Assembly (NCBI GenBank): GCA_043819795.1
Contig: JBDREN010000178.1
Span: 1-33,911, forward strand
DNA: 33,911 bases
Source of the DNA: Elusimicrobiota bacterium
Lineage (GTDB): Bacteria; Elusimicrobiota; Elusimicrobia; UBA1565
Reading direction: 5' to 3'
In this document: positions 8,360-16,325 of the stretch, piece after piece
How the letters are laid out: each line of letters opens with the position of its first letter
Numbering within the stretch: the first letter of the stretch is position 1
The notes under the pieces: model-generated
Databases searched by the model: none
Seen by the model: only the letters and a program-made list of their open reading frames with translations
Told to the model about the DNA's origin: nothing
Program-made: the position numbers and the translations under genes

Positions 8360-9712
8360 ATGATTCCATCTTCGAGGATGATCTTGCGCCTTTTTGCGGC
8401 GACGATCTTCCCCGCCCTGGCGGCGATAGCCGGAGGCGGAGGGGACGCCGCGGCATTCTCCGCTCCCCCATCGGCCGCTGAAGCCTCTTCTCCAAGCGGA
8501 GCGGACGCCATCTCCCCCGAGCGCGCCTCCGAGCTGAAGTCCCGGCTCCGGATTCCGAGGGAAGCCTCCGCCGCCGACGTCGTGGAGGCGTACCTCAAGA
8601 ACCGGACCCTCTTCGACGGGGCGCGCCGCCCCGATGGCGCGGCGCCCGGCCCCGGCGGAGGCGTCTGGGCGGGCGCGTCGTCCGGCGACGCGGCCGAAGC
8701 GGAGGGGCCCGACGCCGCGCCGGAGGAGGGACCGGCTCCGCCTCCGATCCTCGCCGGGGTCCCCGTGCTTCCCAGGCCCTACGCGATGCGGACATTCCGC
8801 GCCGCGGACGGGCAGGAGCTGAGATACGACTATCGCCCCCCAAGGCCGGGAGCCCCCATAATCGTCTACCTCCACGGCGTGGGCAACCGTCTGCAGGAAG
8901 GACGCGGGCTGGATGAACGGGTCCCGGAGCCGTACGGGGTCGCTTTCTTGGAGCGAAGGGGCCATGGGGCCGAGCATGCCAACCCCGCCGTCGGGGACCT
9001 GATCCGCGACAACGTGGACGATCTGCACGCTTTGCTCGCCCACCTGGACCGGCTCCCCGAGACCGGGTCTTCGCCCCTCGTCGTGGTGGGCCACTCCATG
9101 GGCTCGGACATCGTCCTGCGCTATCTGGAGGTCTACGGCGCGAAGGATCCGAACTTCCGGAGGGTCAAGGAGATCATCATCCTGAACCCGCCCGGTCCCG
9201 ACCCGCTGCGCAGCGCGAACGCGCTTCCGCGCGCCGCCATACGCGCCGGGCTGGCGGTCCACGAGGGGCTCGACGGATTGGCGCGCAGGGGAGGCGTGTT
9301 CCGGAAAGCCTCCGCCGGCCTGAAGACCGCGCTGTACTCGACCGTCCGCAACGGCGTCCGGGTCTTCGCCCCCGACACCTACCGCAACGTCTTCGAGGGC
9401 GTCTCGCGACGGCACATCGACCTTCTGGTGGACGAGTCCGTGGCCGGCCTCCGCTTCGACATCGGCCCGATCGACATGGCGGATCTCGACGGCATCCGGG
9501 TCCAGATCTACAGCGGCGCCAAGGACGGGACCTCCCCCCCCGCCATGGCCGCCGGCGCGGCGGCCCTGTTCGGGCTTGGACCCGAGGACCGGCGGCTCCT
9601 GGCCGAGTCGTTGGCGGCCTCCCCCCGGCCCGTCGAGTGGTGGGATGACCCCGAAGGCGGGCATCTGACCTACCTTCTCAGCCCCGAGAAGTTCCTGCGC
9701 CGGCTTCCCTGA
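8360..9712 (+). CDS. Exported alpha/beta-fold hydrolase with an N-terminal extension
   Basis: Signal-like N-terminus, YLHG, nucleophile GHSMG, SGAKD and GGH as candidate triad; start may be 8378. Confidence 0.8.
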   Translation: MIPSSRMILRLFAATIFPALAAIAGGGGDAAAFSAPPSAAEASSPSGADAISPERASELKSRLRIPREASAADVVEAYLKNRTLFDGARRPDGAAPGPGGGVWAGASSGDAAEAEGPDAAPEEGPAPPPILAGVPVLPRPYAMRTFRAADGQELRYDYRPPRPGAPIIVYLHGVGNRLQEGRGLDERVPEPYGVAFLERRGHGAEHANPAVGDLIRDNVDDLHALLAHLDRLPETGSSPLVVVGHSMGSDIVLRYLEVYGAKDPNFRRVKEIIILNPPGPDPLRSANALPRAAIRAGLAVHEGLDGLARRGGVFRKASAGLKTALYSTVRNGVRVFAPDTYRNVFEGVSRRHIDLLVDESVAGLRFDIGPIDMADLDGIRVQIYSGAKDGTSPPAMAAGAAALFGLGPEDRRLLAESLAASPRPVEWWDDPEGGHLTYLLSPEKFLRRLP

Positions 9713-9729
9713 CCGGGGCGGCGGGCCCG

Positions 9730-9781
9730 ATTTCATCCCTGTATTTCATCCCTTGACGGCTCGGCCGTGTCCGCTTACCAT
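9730..9781 (+). promoter_or_regulatory. Sigma70-type promoter of pilT with an upstream direct repeat
   Basis: TTGACG (9753-9758) N17 TACCAT (9776-9781); ATTTCATCCCT repeated at 9730 and 9743. Confidence 0.6.
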
Positions 9782-9827
9782 TTCCTAGGGGGCGGTCCGG
9801 AAACGCCCGGTTTGCCAGGAGGGACGC

Positions 9828-10931
9828 ATGGCAGAGATCGACGACCTGTTCGCCAGGCTGGAGAGATTCAAGGGATCGGACCTTCATCTTCGCCCCGACA
9901 CTCCGCCGATGATCCGGGTGCATGGGACGCTCCTGCCTATGAAGTCGGAGAAGCTCTCCGCGGAGAGCGTGGAGAAGTTGCTCATGGAGATCGTCCCGGA
10001 CGAGGCGCTGGAGATCTTCAAGGACTGCGGCGAAGTGGACTTCGCCCACGCCCTACCGGGCGGCAACCGCCTGCGCGGCAACGTCTTCCGCGACCGGGCG
10101 GGCGTCTCCGGGGTGTTCCGCCTTATCCCTTCCGTGCCCCCCTCCTCGGACGACGTCTACCTGTCGCCGCCCATACTGGGCCTGTGCCGGCGCTCGAAAG
10201 GCCTCGTGCTCATCACCGGGCCCACCGGGGCGGGAAAATCGACGACCATGGCGGCGATGATCGACCAGATCAACTCCACCAGGAAAGAGCACATCCTCAC
10301 GATCGAGGACCCGCTCGAGTTCCTGCACCGCAACAAGAAATGCCTCATCACGCAGCGCGAGGTGCGCACGCACACGCGGTCCTTCTCCTCCGCGCTCCGG
10401 GCGGCGCTGCGCGAGGACCCGGACATCGTCATGGTGGGCGAGATGCGCGATTTGGAGACCACCATGACCGCCATCGAGACCGCCGAGACGGGCCACCTGG
10501 TGTTCGGGACCCTTCACACCACCACCGCCTCCTCGACCGTGGACCGGATGATCGACCAATTCCCGGCCGACCGGCAGGACCAGGTCCGGACGATGCTGAG
10601 CTCCATCCTGGCCGGCGTGGTCTCCCAGACGCTGCTCCGGAAGAAGGACGGCATGGGCCAGGTCGCGGCCAGGGAGATCCTCATCATGAACCAGGCGATC
10701 AAGACCCTGATCCGCGAGAAGAAGACCTACCAGATCGGGTCGCAGATCGAGACGGGCAAGGAGACCGGGATGATCCTGCTCAACGAATCGATCCAAAGGC
10801 TGGTCATGAGCGACATCGTCTCGCCGGAGGAGGCGCTCTTCAAGTCCATGGACAAAGACGACATGAGGCGGCGGCTCTCCGCCCTGCGGTCCCACCGCAA
10901 GCCCCCGCCGACCGAGGCGGATAACGGATGA
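9828..10931 (+). CDS. pilT: Type IV pilus retraction ATPase, PilT/PilU family
   Basis: GSDLHL, Walker A GPTGAGKST, TIEDPLE, ALREDPD..MVGEMRD, ETGHLVFGTLHT, AIKTLIRE (AIRNLIRE-like). Confidence 0.92.
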   Translation: MAEIDDLFARLERFKGSDLHLRPDTPPMIRVHGTLLPMKSEKLSAESVEKLLMEIVPDEALEIFKDCGEVDFAHALPGGNRLRGNVFRDRAGVSGVFRLIPSVPPSSDDVYLSPPILGLCRRSKGLVLITGPTGAGKSTTMAAMIDQINSTRKEHILTIEDPLEFLHRNKKCLITQREVRTHTRSFSSALRAALREDPDIVMVGEMRDLETTMTAIETAETGHLVFGTLHTTTASSTVDRMIDQFPADRQDQVRTMLSSILAGVVSQTLLRKKDGMGQVAAREILIMNQAIKTLIREKKTYQIGSQIETGKETGMILLNESIQRLVMSDIVSPEEALFKSMDKDDMRRRLSALRSHRKPPPTEADNG

Positions 10932-10973
10932 GCCCGCGCCTCGCCCCTCGACGGACGGAGCCGAGCCGCTCCG

Positions 10974-11666
10974 ATGCCGAAGCCGAAGCCTAGGCGCATC
11001 GCCGTAACCGGAGCCACGCGCGGTTTGGGCCGCGCGCTGATCCGCGGGTTCGTGGAGGCCGGCCACCGGGTCTACGGATGCGGGCGGGACGCGGGCACGG
11101 TGAGGGAGCTGCGGCGGCTCCACGGGAACAGCGGGGACTTCCGGGTCGTCGACGTCTCCGACGAGGGTCAGGTCGGACGCTGGGCCGACGCGGTGCTGAA
11201 GGAAGGCGCTCCGGACATCCTCGTCAACAACGCCGGGCTCATCAACCGGCCGGCGCCGCTGTGGGAGGTCCCGGCCGGGGAGTTCTCCGACGTCATCGAC
11301 GTCAACGTCAAGGGCATGGCCAACGTCATCCGCCGCTTCGTCCCGGCCATGGTGCGGCGCCGCAAGGGCGTGATCGTGAACCTGAGCTCCGAGTGCGGGC
11401 GCGTCACGCTCGCACGGATGGCCCCCTACTGCGCGAGCAAGTACGCGGTGGAGGGGCTGACCAAGAGCCTCGCGCAGGAGCTGCCGGAGGGTATGGCCGC
11501 CGTCCCGCTCGGCCCGGGCGCCGTCAACACGGACATGCTCGAAAAGTGCTGCGGCCCGAAGGCCGCCTCCTATCCCTCTCCCGACACGTGGGCCGCGGCC
11601 GCGGTCCCCTACATCCTCCGCCTCGGCCCCAAGCACAACGGCCGCAGCCTCACCGTGCGGCTCTAG
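10974..11666 (+). CDS. Short-chain dehydrogenase/reductase (SDR)
   Basis: TGATRGLG, NNAG, catalytic YCASK. Confidence 0.93.
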   Translation: MPKPKPRRIAVTGATRGLGRALIRGFVEAGHRVYGCGRDAGTVRELRRLHGNSGDFRVVDVSDEGQVGRWADAVLKEGAPDILVNNAGLINRPAPLWEVPAGEFSDVIDVNVKGMANVIRRFVPAMVRRRKGVIVNLSSECGRVTLARMAPYCASKYAVEGLTKSLAQELPEGMAAVPLGPGAVNTDMLEKCCGPKAASYPSPDTWAAAAVPYILRLGPKHNGRSLTVRL

Positions 11667-11674
11667 CAGTTCGG

Positions 11675-11733
11675 CGCCGCAAGCCCTGCTTGCGGCGCCT
11701 ACACCTTCGAGTTATCGGGAGCCTCGTCGCAAG
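11675..11733 (+). repeat. 59-nt structured intergenic repeat, copy A
   Basis: Aligns without gaps to 13113-13171 and 13194-13252; starts with a CGCCGC...GCGGCG hairpin and ends GTCGCAAG. Confidence 0.85.
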
Positions 11734-11763
11734 GACGCCGTCGGGCGCGCGGCGCCCGGCCGT

Positions 11764-13032
11764 TCAAGTCTGTTTTGTCGAGACGCGCGGCGCGGAGCTC
11801 TTGCCGGGACCGCCCGCCGCGCAGGCTTGGGGGACCGGAAGGCTCAAGGTGAAGACGGCCCCCTTGTCTTTCCCCTCCGAGTGGGCCTCCAGGGTCCCGC
11901 CGCATTTCATCAGGATGTCCCGGCAGATCGAAAGGCCCAGGCCGGTGCCCTTCCTCCCGCGCGTCGTGAAGAACTTGTCGAACAGCCGCGGCAGGTACTC
12001 GGGCTCGATGCCGACCCCCGTGTCCTTGACCCGGACATCGACTTTCCCGTCGCGCGCCTCCGCCGAGACGTCGAGCGTCCCGCCGTCGGGCATGGCATGG
12101 AAAGCGTTGACGAAGAGGTTGATGAACACCCGCCGCAGGGGGTTCTTGGCGGCGTTGACTTTGGGAAGGCCTCCCGGGACGCTGGAGCGGACCGCCACTT
12201 TGTTCATCCTGGCTTGAGTGTCGATGAGGTCCAGCGTCTCCCGGAGCACCTCCTCCAGGACGACCTCCTCCAGCTTGAACTCGGATTTCCGGATGAGATC
12301 CATGAGGTTGTGCAGGATCCCCTGACAGGAGCGCGCGTTCCTCCGGATCTTCTCGACGATCGTGCGGGCGGGAGAGCCCGCCTGCGTCTGCGACATCAGC
12401 AAGTCGGCCCCGGTAAGCAGGTTCATCACGGGGTTGCTCAGATCGTGCGCCACCCCGCCCACCAGAAAGCCAAGGTCCGCCATCTTGGCGCTCTGGGCCA
12501 CCTGGTTCTCCAGACGCCGCTTCTCCTCGGCCTGATCCATCTCGTAGAGCAGGAAACCCACGTGCGGGGAAAGCCATTCCAATATGCGGACGTCGTCGCG
12601 GTCGAAACCGCCCGGCTTGTTCAAGAGCTCCACGACGCCCACCGCGGCCCCGTCGTGATAGAAGGCGGAGGCCAGGAGGGTCTTGGTTTCGTAGCCGCTG
12701 CCCAGATCGACGGACGCATCGAAGCGGGGGTCGTTGTACGGGTCGTTGGTGAGGTAGCTCTTGCCCTCCTGGACCACGCGCCCCGCCATGCCCTGCCCGA
12801 ACTCGAGCTCCACGGGCTCGTCAAGACCCAGGGCGAACTGGCTCCTGAGCTTGCCGTTCTTCACGAGGAACAAGGTGGCGCGTTCGCACCGGAACTGTGC
12901 GACGAAGGACTCCGCGAGCACGGGCCAGAAATCCACCAACGTCCGCGCCTCGATGGACAGCCTGTTCAGGCGACCCATCATATAAAGCGCCTGCTCGAAC
13001 TCGGTGAAATCCTCGTAGGATAGCTTGATCAT
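11764..13032 (-). CDS. GAF-domain sensor histidine kinase (cytoplasmic)
   Basis: GAF with ND.Y.DPRF...D..SGYETK...ELLNK..GF...D; H-box AHDLSNP; NLFVNA, DTGVG, FFTT..KGTGLGL. Confidence 0.93.
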   Translation of the reverse strand: MIKLSYEDFTEFEQALYMMGRLNRLSIEARTLVDFWPVLAESFVAQFRCERATLFLVKNGKLRSQFALGLDEPVELEFGQGMAGRVVQEGKSYLTNDPYNDPRFDASVDLGSGYETKTLLASAFYHDGAAVGVVELLNKPGGFDRDDVRILEWLSPHVGFLLYEMDQAEEKRRLENQVAQSAKMADLGFLVGGVAHDLSNPVMNLLTGADLLMSQTQAGSPARTIVEKIRRNARSCQGILHNLMDLIRKSEFKLEEVVLEEVLRETLDLIDTQARMNKVAVRSSVPGGLPKVNAAKNPLRRVFINLFVNAFHAMPDGGTLDVSAEARDGKVDVRVKDTGVGIEPEYLPRLFDKFFTTRGRKGTGLGLSICRDILMKCGGTLEAHSEGKDKGAVFTLSLPVPQACAAGGPGKSSAPRVSTKQT

Positions 13033-13042
13033 CGTCGTCCTC

Positions 13043-13072
13043 AGTATACGCCCGAGAACGGCCGCCCGTCAA
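13043..13072 (-). promoter_or_regulatory. Sigma70-type promoter of the GAF kinase
   Basis: Minus-strand TTGACG (13072-13067) N18 TATACT (13048-13043). Confidence 0.55.
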
Positions 13073-13112
13073 GCACGTCATGCCGGAAGTCCTGACCGGG
13101 GGGTCAACTCAA

Positions 13113-13252
13113 CGCCGCAGGCCTGCCCTGCGGCGTTTATACCCCTGCGTTATCGGGGACCCCGTCGCAAGAACCCCGTTGTCGTTGTGCCAGCGCCGCA
13201 AGCTCGCCCCGCGGCGTTTATACCTCCGCGTCATCGGGAGCTTTGTCGCAAG
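13113..13252 (+). repeat. 59-nt structured intergenic repeat, tandem copies B (13113-13171) and C (13194-13252)
   Basis: Two gap-free copies 81 nt apart with a 22-nt spacer, homologous to 11675-11733. Confidence 0.85.
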
Positions 13253-13254
13253 AG

Positions 13255-14256
13255 CTATTCGGCGGAAACGCCCTCGCCCGCCCGCGCGCTGCTCCAGGTC
13301 CCCATGGGCCAAGTCTCGTTGGCGTGCAGAAGGAGGCTCTTGTCCGCGCGGGCGGCCGTTATGAAATCGCGGACCTCGTCCGAGCGCCAGGCGCGCTTGT
13401 AGGCCTCCCACGCCTCCGGCAGGGAAAGCTTCCTGAGGTCGGCCGGGGCGAAGGGCAGGGCGTTGAGCAGCTTCACCTTGCCGTCGGGGACGACGAGCAC
13501 CATGGCTTGGGGGCTGTCGAGCCGCGTCCTCATCTCGGTGAGGATGTCCCAGGGATAGATCGAGAGCCTCACCGGCTCTCCCCGCTTCTCGGCGCGCTCC
13601 TTGAGGGCCTGTGCCGCGCGCCGCCACTCCTCCTCGGAAGGAGCCAAGTCGTCCCAACGACGCGCGGCCCTTCCCAGGCGCATCATCGGGCCCGTCACGA
13701 AGCTTTCGCAGCCGGTCCTCGCCGCGATGTCGTAGACGTCGGCGATCTCCGAAAGGTTGTGTCTGTTCGGGACGAAGACCAGCTCCGGCGGCATGCCGCG
13801 CTCGGCGAGACGGCTCAAAGCGGCGACGGCCCCGCGGAAATCGCCCCCGGGCCGGACCTTCTCATGGGTCTCGGCCGCCGCGCCGTCGACCGAGATCTGG
13901 ACGCGCCGGACACCGCGCTCCGCCAGCCAGCCGGCCTTCTCGTCGTCGATGCGGAGCCCGTCGGTCTCGATCTTGAGCTCGACGCCGCCGCGGGTCAGGA
14001 CCTCGAAGACGCCCCAGACGTGCGGCACGCCCAAAGGCTCCCCTCCGCCGAAGGCGACGCAGGGCACACCGCAGGCCACGATGTCGCCCGCGAGCCTCAG
14101 ACACTCTTCTCTGGTCAGCTCATCCGGCCAGGCATTATCGGGTCCCGACTCTTCGCAGCAGTGGACGCAATGGGCCCGGCAGCGGTTGGTGAGTTGCCAC
14201 GCGAGGAAGAGGGGGGCCCGGTAATCGTCTACCGAGGCCCCCCTCTCCGTCTTCAC
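13255..14256 (-). CDS. Radical SAM enzyme 3 (PqqE/MftC/NirJ-like core), 333 aa
   Basis: WQLTNRCRAHCVHC, GGGEP, VQISVDG...HEKVR. GTG at 14256 overlaps the precursor stop (GTGA). The longer 14403 start in the track overlaps the precursor and is unlikely. Confidence 0.92.
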   Translation of the reverse strand: MKTERGASVDDYRAPLFLAWQLTNRCRAHCVHCCEESGPDNAWPDELTREECLRLAGDIVACGVPCVAFGGGEPLGVPHVWGVFEVLTRGGVELKIETDGLRIDDEKAGWLAERGVRRVQISVDGAAAETHEKVRPGGDFRGAVAALSRLAERGMPPELVFVPNRHNLSEIADVYDIAARTGCESFVTGPMMRLGRAARRWDDLAPSEEEWRRAAQALKERAEKRGEPVRLSIYPWDILTEMRTRLDSPQAMVLVVPDGKVKLLNALPFAPADLRKLSLPEAWEAYKRAWRSDEVRDFITAARADKSLLLHANETWPMGTWSSARAGEGVSAE

Positions 14257-14369
14257 GTGAACCGAATGTACGGCTGAGCCATCACCCGCTCGGTGACTTC
14301 CTCGAGGAGAGGCGTCTCCCAAACGAGCTTCTCGACCGTCACATTCGCTGCGGTCTTCTTGTCGTTCAT
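14253..14369 (-). CDS. Candidate RiPP precursor peptide, 38 aa: MNDKKTAANVTVEKLVWETPLLEEVTERVMAQPYIRFT
   Basis: AAAGGAG RBS 5 nt before ATG 14369; TGA 14255-14253 coupled to the next GTG start; WxxPxL leader-like motif; lies in an operon with an RRE and three radical SAM genes. Confidence 0.85.
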   Translation of the reverse strand: MNDKKTAANVTVEKLVWETPLLEEVTERVMAQPYIRFT

Positions 14370-14436
14370 GCTGTCTCCTTTGTCCCGCATCCGCCGTCCG
14401 CAAGGAGACGGCGTCCGGCGGACCGGTCCGCAGGGA

Positions 14437-15420
14437 TCAAGTCCCCGCGGCCAAAACGAGTCCCCGCTCCTTTCCCGAGCGCAGCGGCAGCCAGCGATCG
14501 GCCTCCGCCAAGCGCGCCGGATCGGCCAGGACGCGCGCGCACGCCTCCCGCACCTCCGGGCGCGCCCACGCGCGCCTATAGGCGTCCCAAGCCTCGGCGA
14601 GCGATTGCCGGCGCAAGTCGGCGCAGGTGTACGGCAGGACCGCCGCGACCTTCACCCTCCCGTCCGGCAACACCAGAAGCGTCGCCGGCGGCTGGAGGAG
14701 GCACTCCTCGAGGCCCTCTTCGATCGTGAACGGGCTCCAGCGGAGCTCGAGGTCCGGCCCGATCTCCTTTTTCTTCCTCTCGAGTCCCGCGCGGAAGGCC
14801 GCGTATTGACCGCTCGTGGGCGCGATGTCCTTCCAAAGCTTGGCCGCCCGGCCGAGGCGCATGAGCGCTCCCGTGTTGAACCGGAACGCGCCCAGGGCCG
14901 CCGCCCGGTCCATGACGGCCTCCGCCTCGTGGACGTTGAGACGCGTCGGGGCGAAGGTCACCTCGAGAGGCAGCCCGGCCTCACGGACGGCCCGGCAGGC
15001 CGCGTGCGCCTTCTCGAGCGAGGCGCCGGGACGCTGCCGGGAGTAGGTCCGCTGCGTGTCTCCGTCGATACTGATCTGGACGGAGCGGATCGGGAGCTTG
15101 GCCAGGCGGCGCGCCTCGTCCGGCCCCAGGAGCTGCCCGTTCGACTCGATCTTGAGCTCGACGCCCCCCTCCCCGAGTATCCCCGCGATCTCGAAGAACC
15201 AGGGGACGGTCAGCGGCTCCCCGCCGCACAGCATGAGATACGGGACTCCCCCGGCCGCGATGTCCTCGGCGAGGCGGACGGCCGCGTCGCGGGCCAACTC
15301 CCCCGGGACGGTCCCGCCGGGGGCCGAGCACGCGCAGCAATGGACGCAGGCCAGGTTGCAGCCCCTGGTAAGCTCCCAGGAGACGAACAACGGCGCGCGA
15401 AGCAGATCGATCGAGCTCAT
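14437..15420 (-). CDS. Radical SAM enzyme 2, 327 aa
   Basis: WELTRGCNLACVHC, CGGEP, ESNG, VQISIDG; ATG 15420 overlaps the prenyltransferase stop (ATGA). Confidence 0.92.
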   Translation of the reverse strand: MSSIDLLRAPLFVSWELTRGCNLACVHCCACSAPGGTVPGELARDAAVRLAEDIAAGGVPYLMLCGGEPLTVPWFFEIAGILGEGGVELKIESNGQLLGPDEARRLAKLPIRSVQISIDGDTQRTYSRQRPGASLEKAHAACRAVREAGLPLEVTFAPTRLNVHEAEAVMDRAAALGAFRFNTGALMRLGRAAKLWKDIAPTSGQYAAFRAGLERKKKEIGPDLELRWSPFTIEEGLEECLLQPPATLLVLPDGRVKVAAVLPYTCADLRRQSLAEAWDAYRRAWARPEVREACARVLADPARLAEADRWLPLRSGKERGLVLAAGT

Positions 15421-16325
15421 GCGTTGCACATGCGCGACAGCCAATGATTCACGACCAGAGAAAGCGTGAAAGCGCCGGTCCCCACCAGATAGCAGAGCAC
15501 GACGCTCCGCACGGCCGGAACGAACGCGCGCGGCGTATCGTAGGTCTCGAAGGCCGCGCGCGCGCTGAGAACGAGCAGCGGGACGGCCGCCAAGGCCGCC
15601 AGGACCGGCTTGGGGAAGATCCCCCCGAGCACCCCGAGCACGGGCACCGCCAAGCCGAGGGCGGCCAAAGCCACGTAAAGACGCACCCCGCCCAGCCGGC
15701 CCAGGCGGACCACCAGGTTCCGCTTGCCGACCAGCCGGTCCTGGTGGAAATCCGGGATCTCATTGACCACGGCCAGAGCCGCGATCAGGCAGGCCGGGAC
15801 CAAAGAGGCGGCCAGCGCGCCCCAGGAAAAACGGCCGGTCTGCAGGTGCAGGCTCCCCAGCGTCATCCACGGCCCGTAGGAGAGCGCGATCATGGTCTCG
15901 CCCAGTCCCCGGTAGACCCAGCGGACCGGAGGGCCGACGTAGAAGACGGCCGCCAGCCCGCCCAGCCCCGCGTACGCCAGGACCGGCCAGCCGCCCTGGC
16001 GCGCCAGATAGACGCCGATCAGGGCGGCGGCCGCGAAGGCCGCGATCCCGAGCCAGAGCACCCGATCCTGGATCGGGTCCTCGTCGTCGGGGTTGAACAC
16101 CCGGTCCGTGCCCATGCGCGAGTCGAAGTACTCGTTGAAGGCCTCCACGCCGACCACCGCCAAGAAGATGCCGGACAAGCCCGTCCAGAAAACGCCGGCC
16201 CGGAAGGCGTGCTCCATCCCGTACGCCCAGGCCGCGCCCAGCAGATACGGAAGAAGCCCCGCGTACAGGAAGAATCGGTAGCGGACCAGGCTGAATATCC
16301 TGAGAAGCGCGCGCGGACCGCTCAT
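15417..16325 (-). CDS. UbiA-superfamily prenyltransferase, MenA/UBIAD1-like, 302 aa
   Basis: Multiple TM helices; FNEYFDSRMGTD, YVGPP, GLGE and NEIPDFHQDRLVGKRNLVVRLG motifs. ATG 16325 overlaps the rSAM1 stop (ATGA). This is the C-terminal half of the 657-aa track ORF. Confidence 0.92.
   Translation of the reverse strand: MSGPRALLRIFSLVRYRFFLYAGLLPYLLGAAWAYGMEHAFRAGVFWTGLSGIFLAVVGVEAFNEYFDSRMGTDRVFNPDDEDPIQDRVLWLGIAAFAAAALIGVYLARQGGWPVLAYAGLGGLAAVFYVGPPVRWVYRGLGETMIALSYGPWMTLGSLHLQTGRFSWGALAASLVPACLIAALAVVNEIPDFHQDRLVGKRNLVVRLGRLGGVRLYVALAALGLAVPVLGVLGGIFPKPVLAALAAVPLLVLSARAAFETYDTPRAFVPAVRSVVLCYLVGTGAFTLSLVVNHWLSRMCNA

Noticed and set aside
8360..11666. Hydrolase and SDR as the cluster's peptidase and cofactor-dependent client enzyme
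   Set aside because: Opposite strand, separated by unrelated genes, and no distinguishing motif; only co-occurrence data could support it.
13113..13252. Repeat-spacer-repeat as a mini CRISPR array
   Set aside because: Only two adjacent units; the 59-nt repeats are long and degenerate, the spacer is 22 nt, and there are no cas genes.
14257..14403. 49-aa N-terminal extension of rSAM3
   Set aside because: It overlaps the RBS-supported precursor ORF; starting at GTG 14256 gives a length matching the two paralogs.
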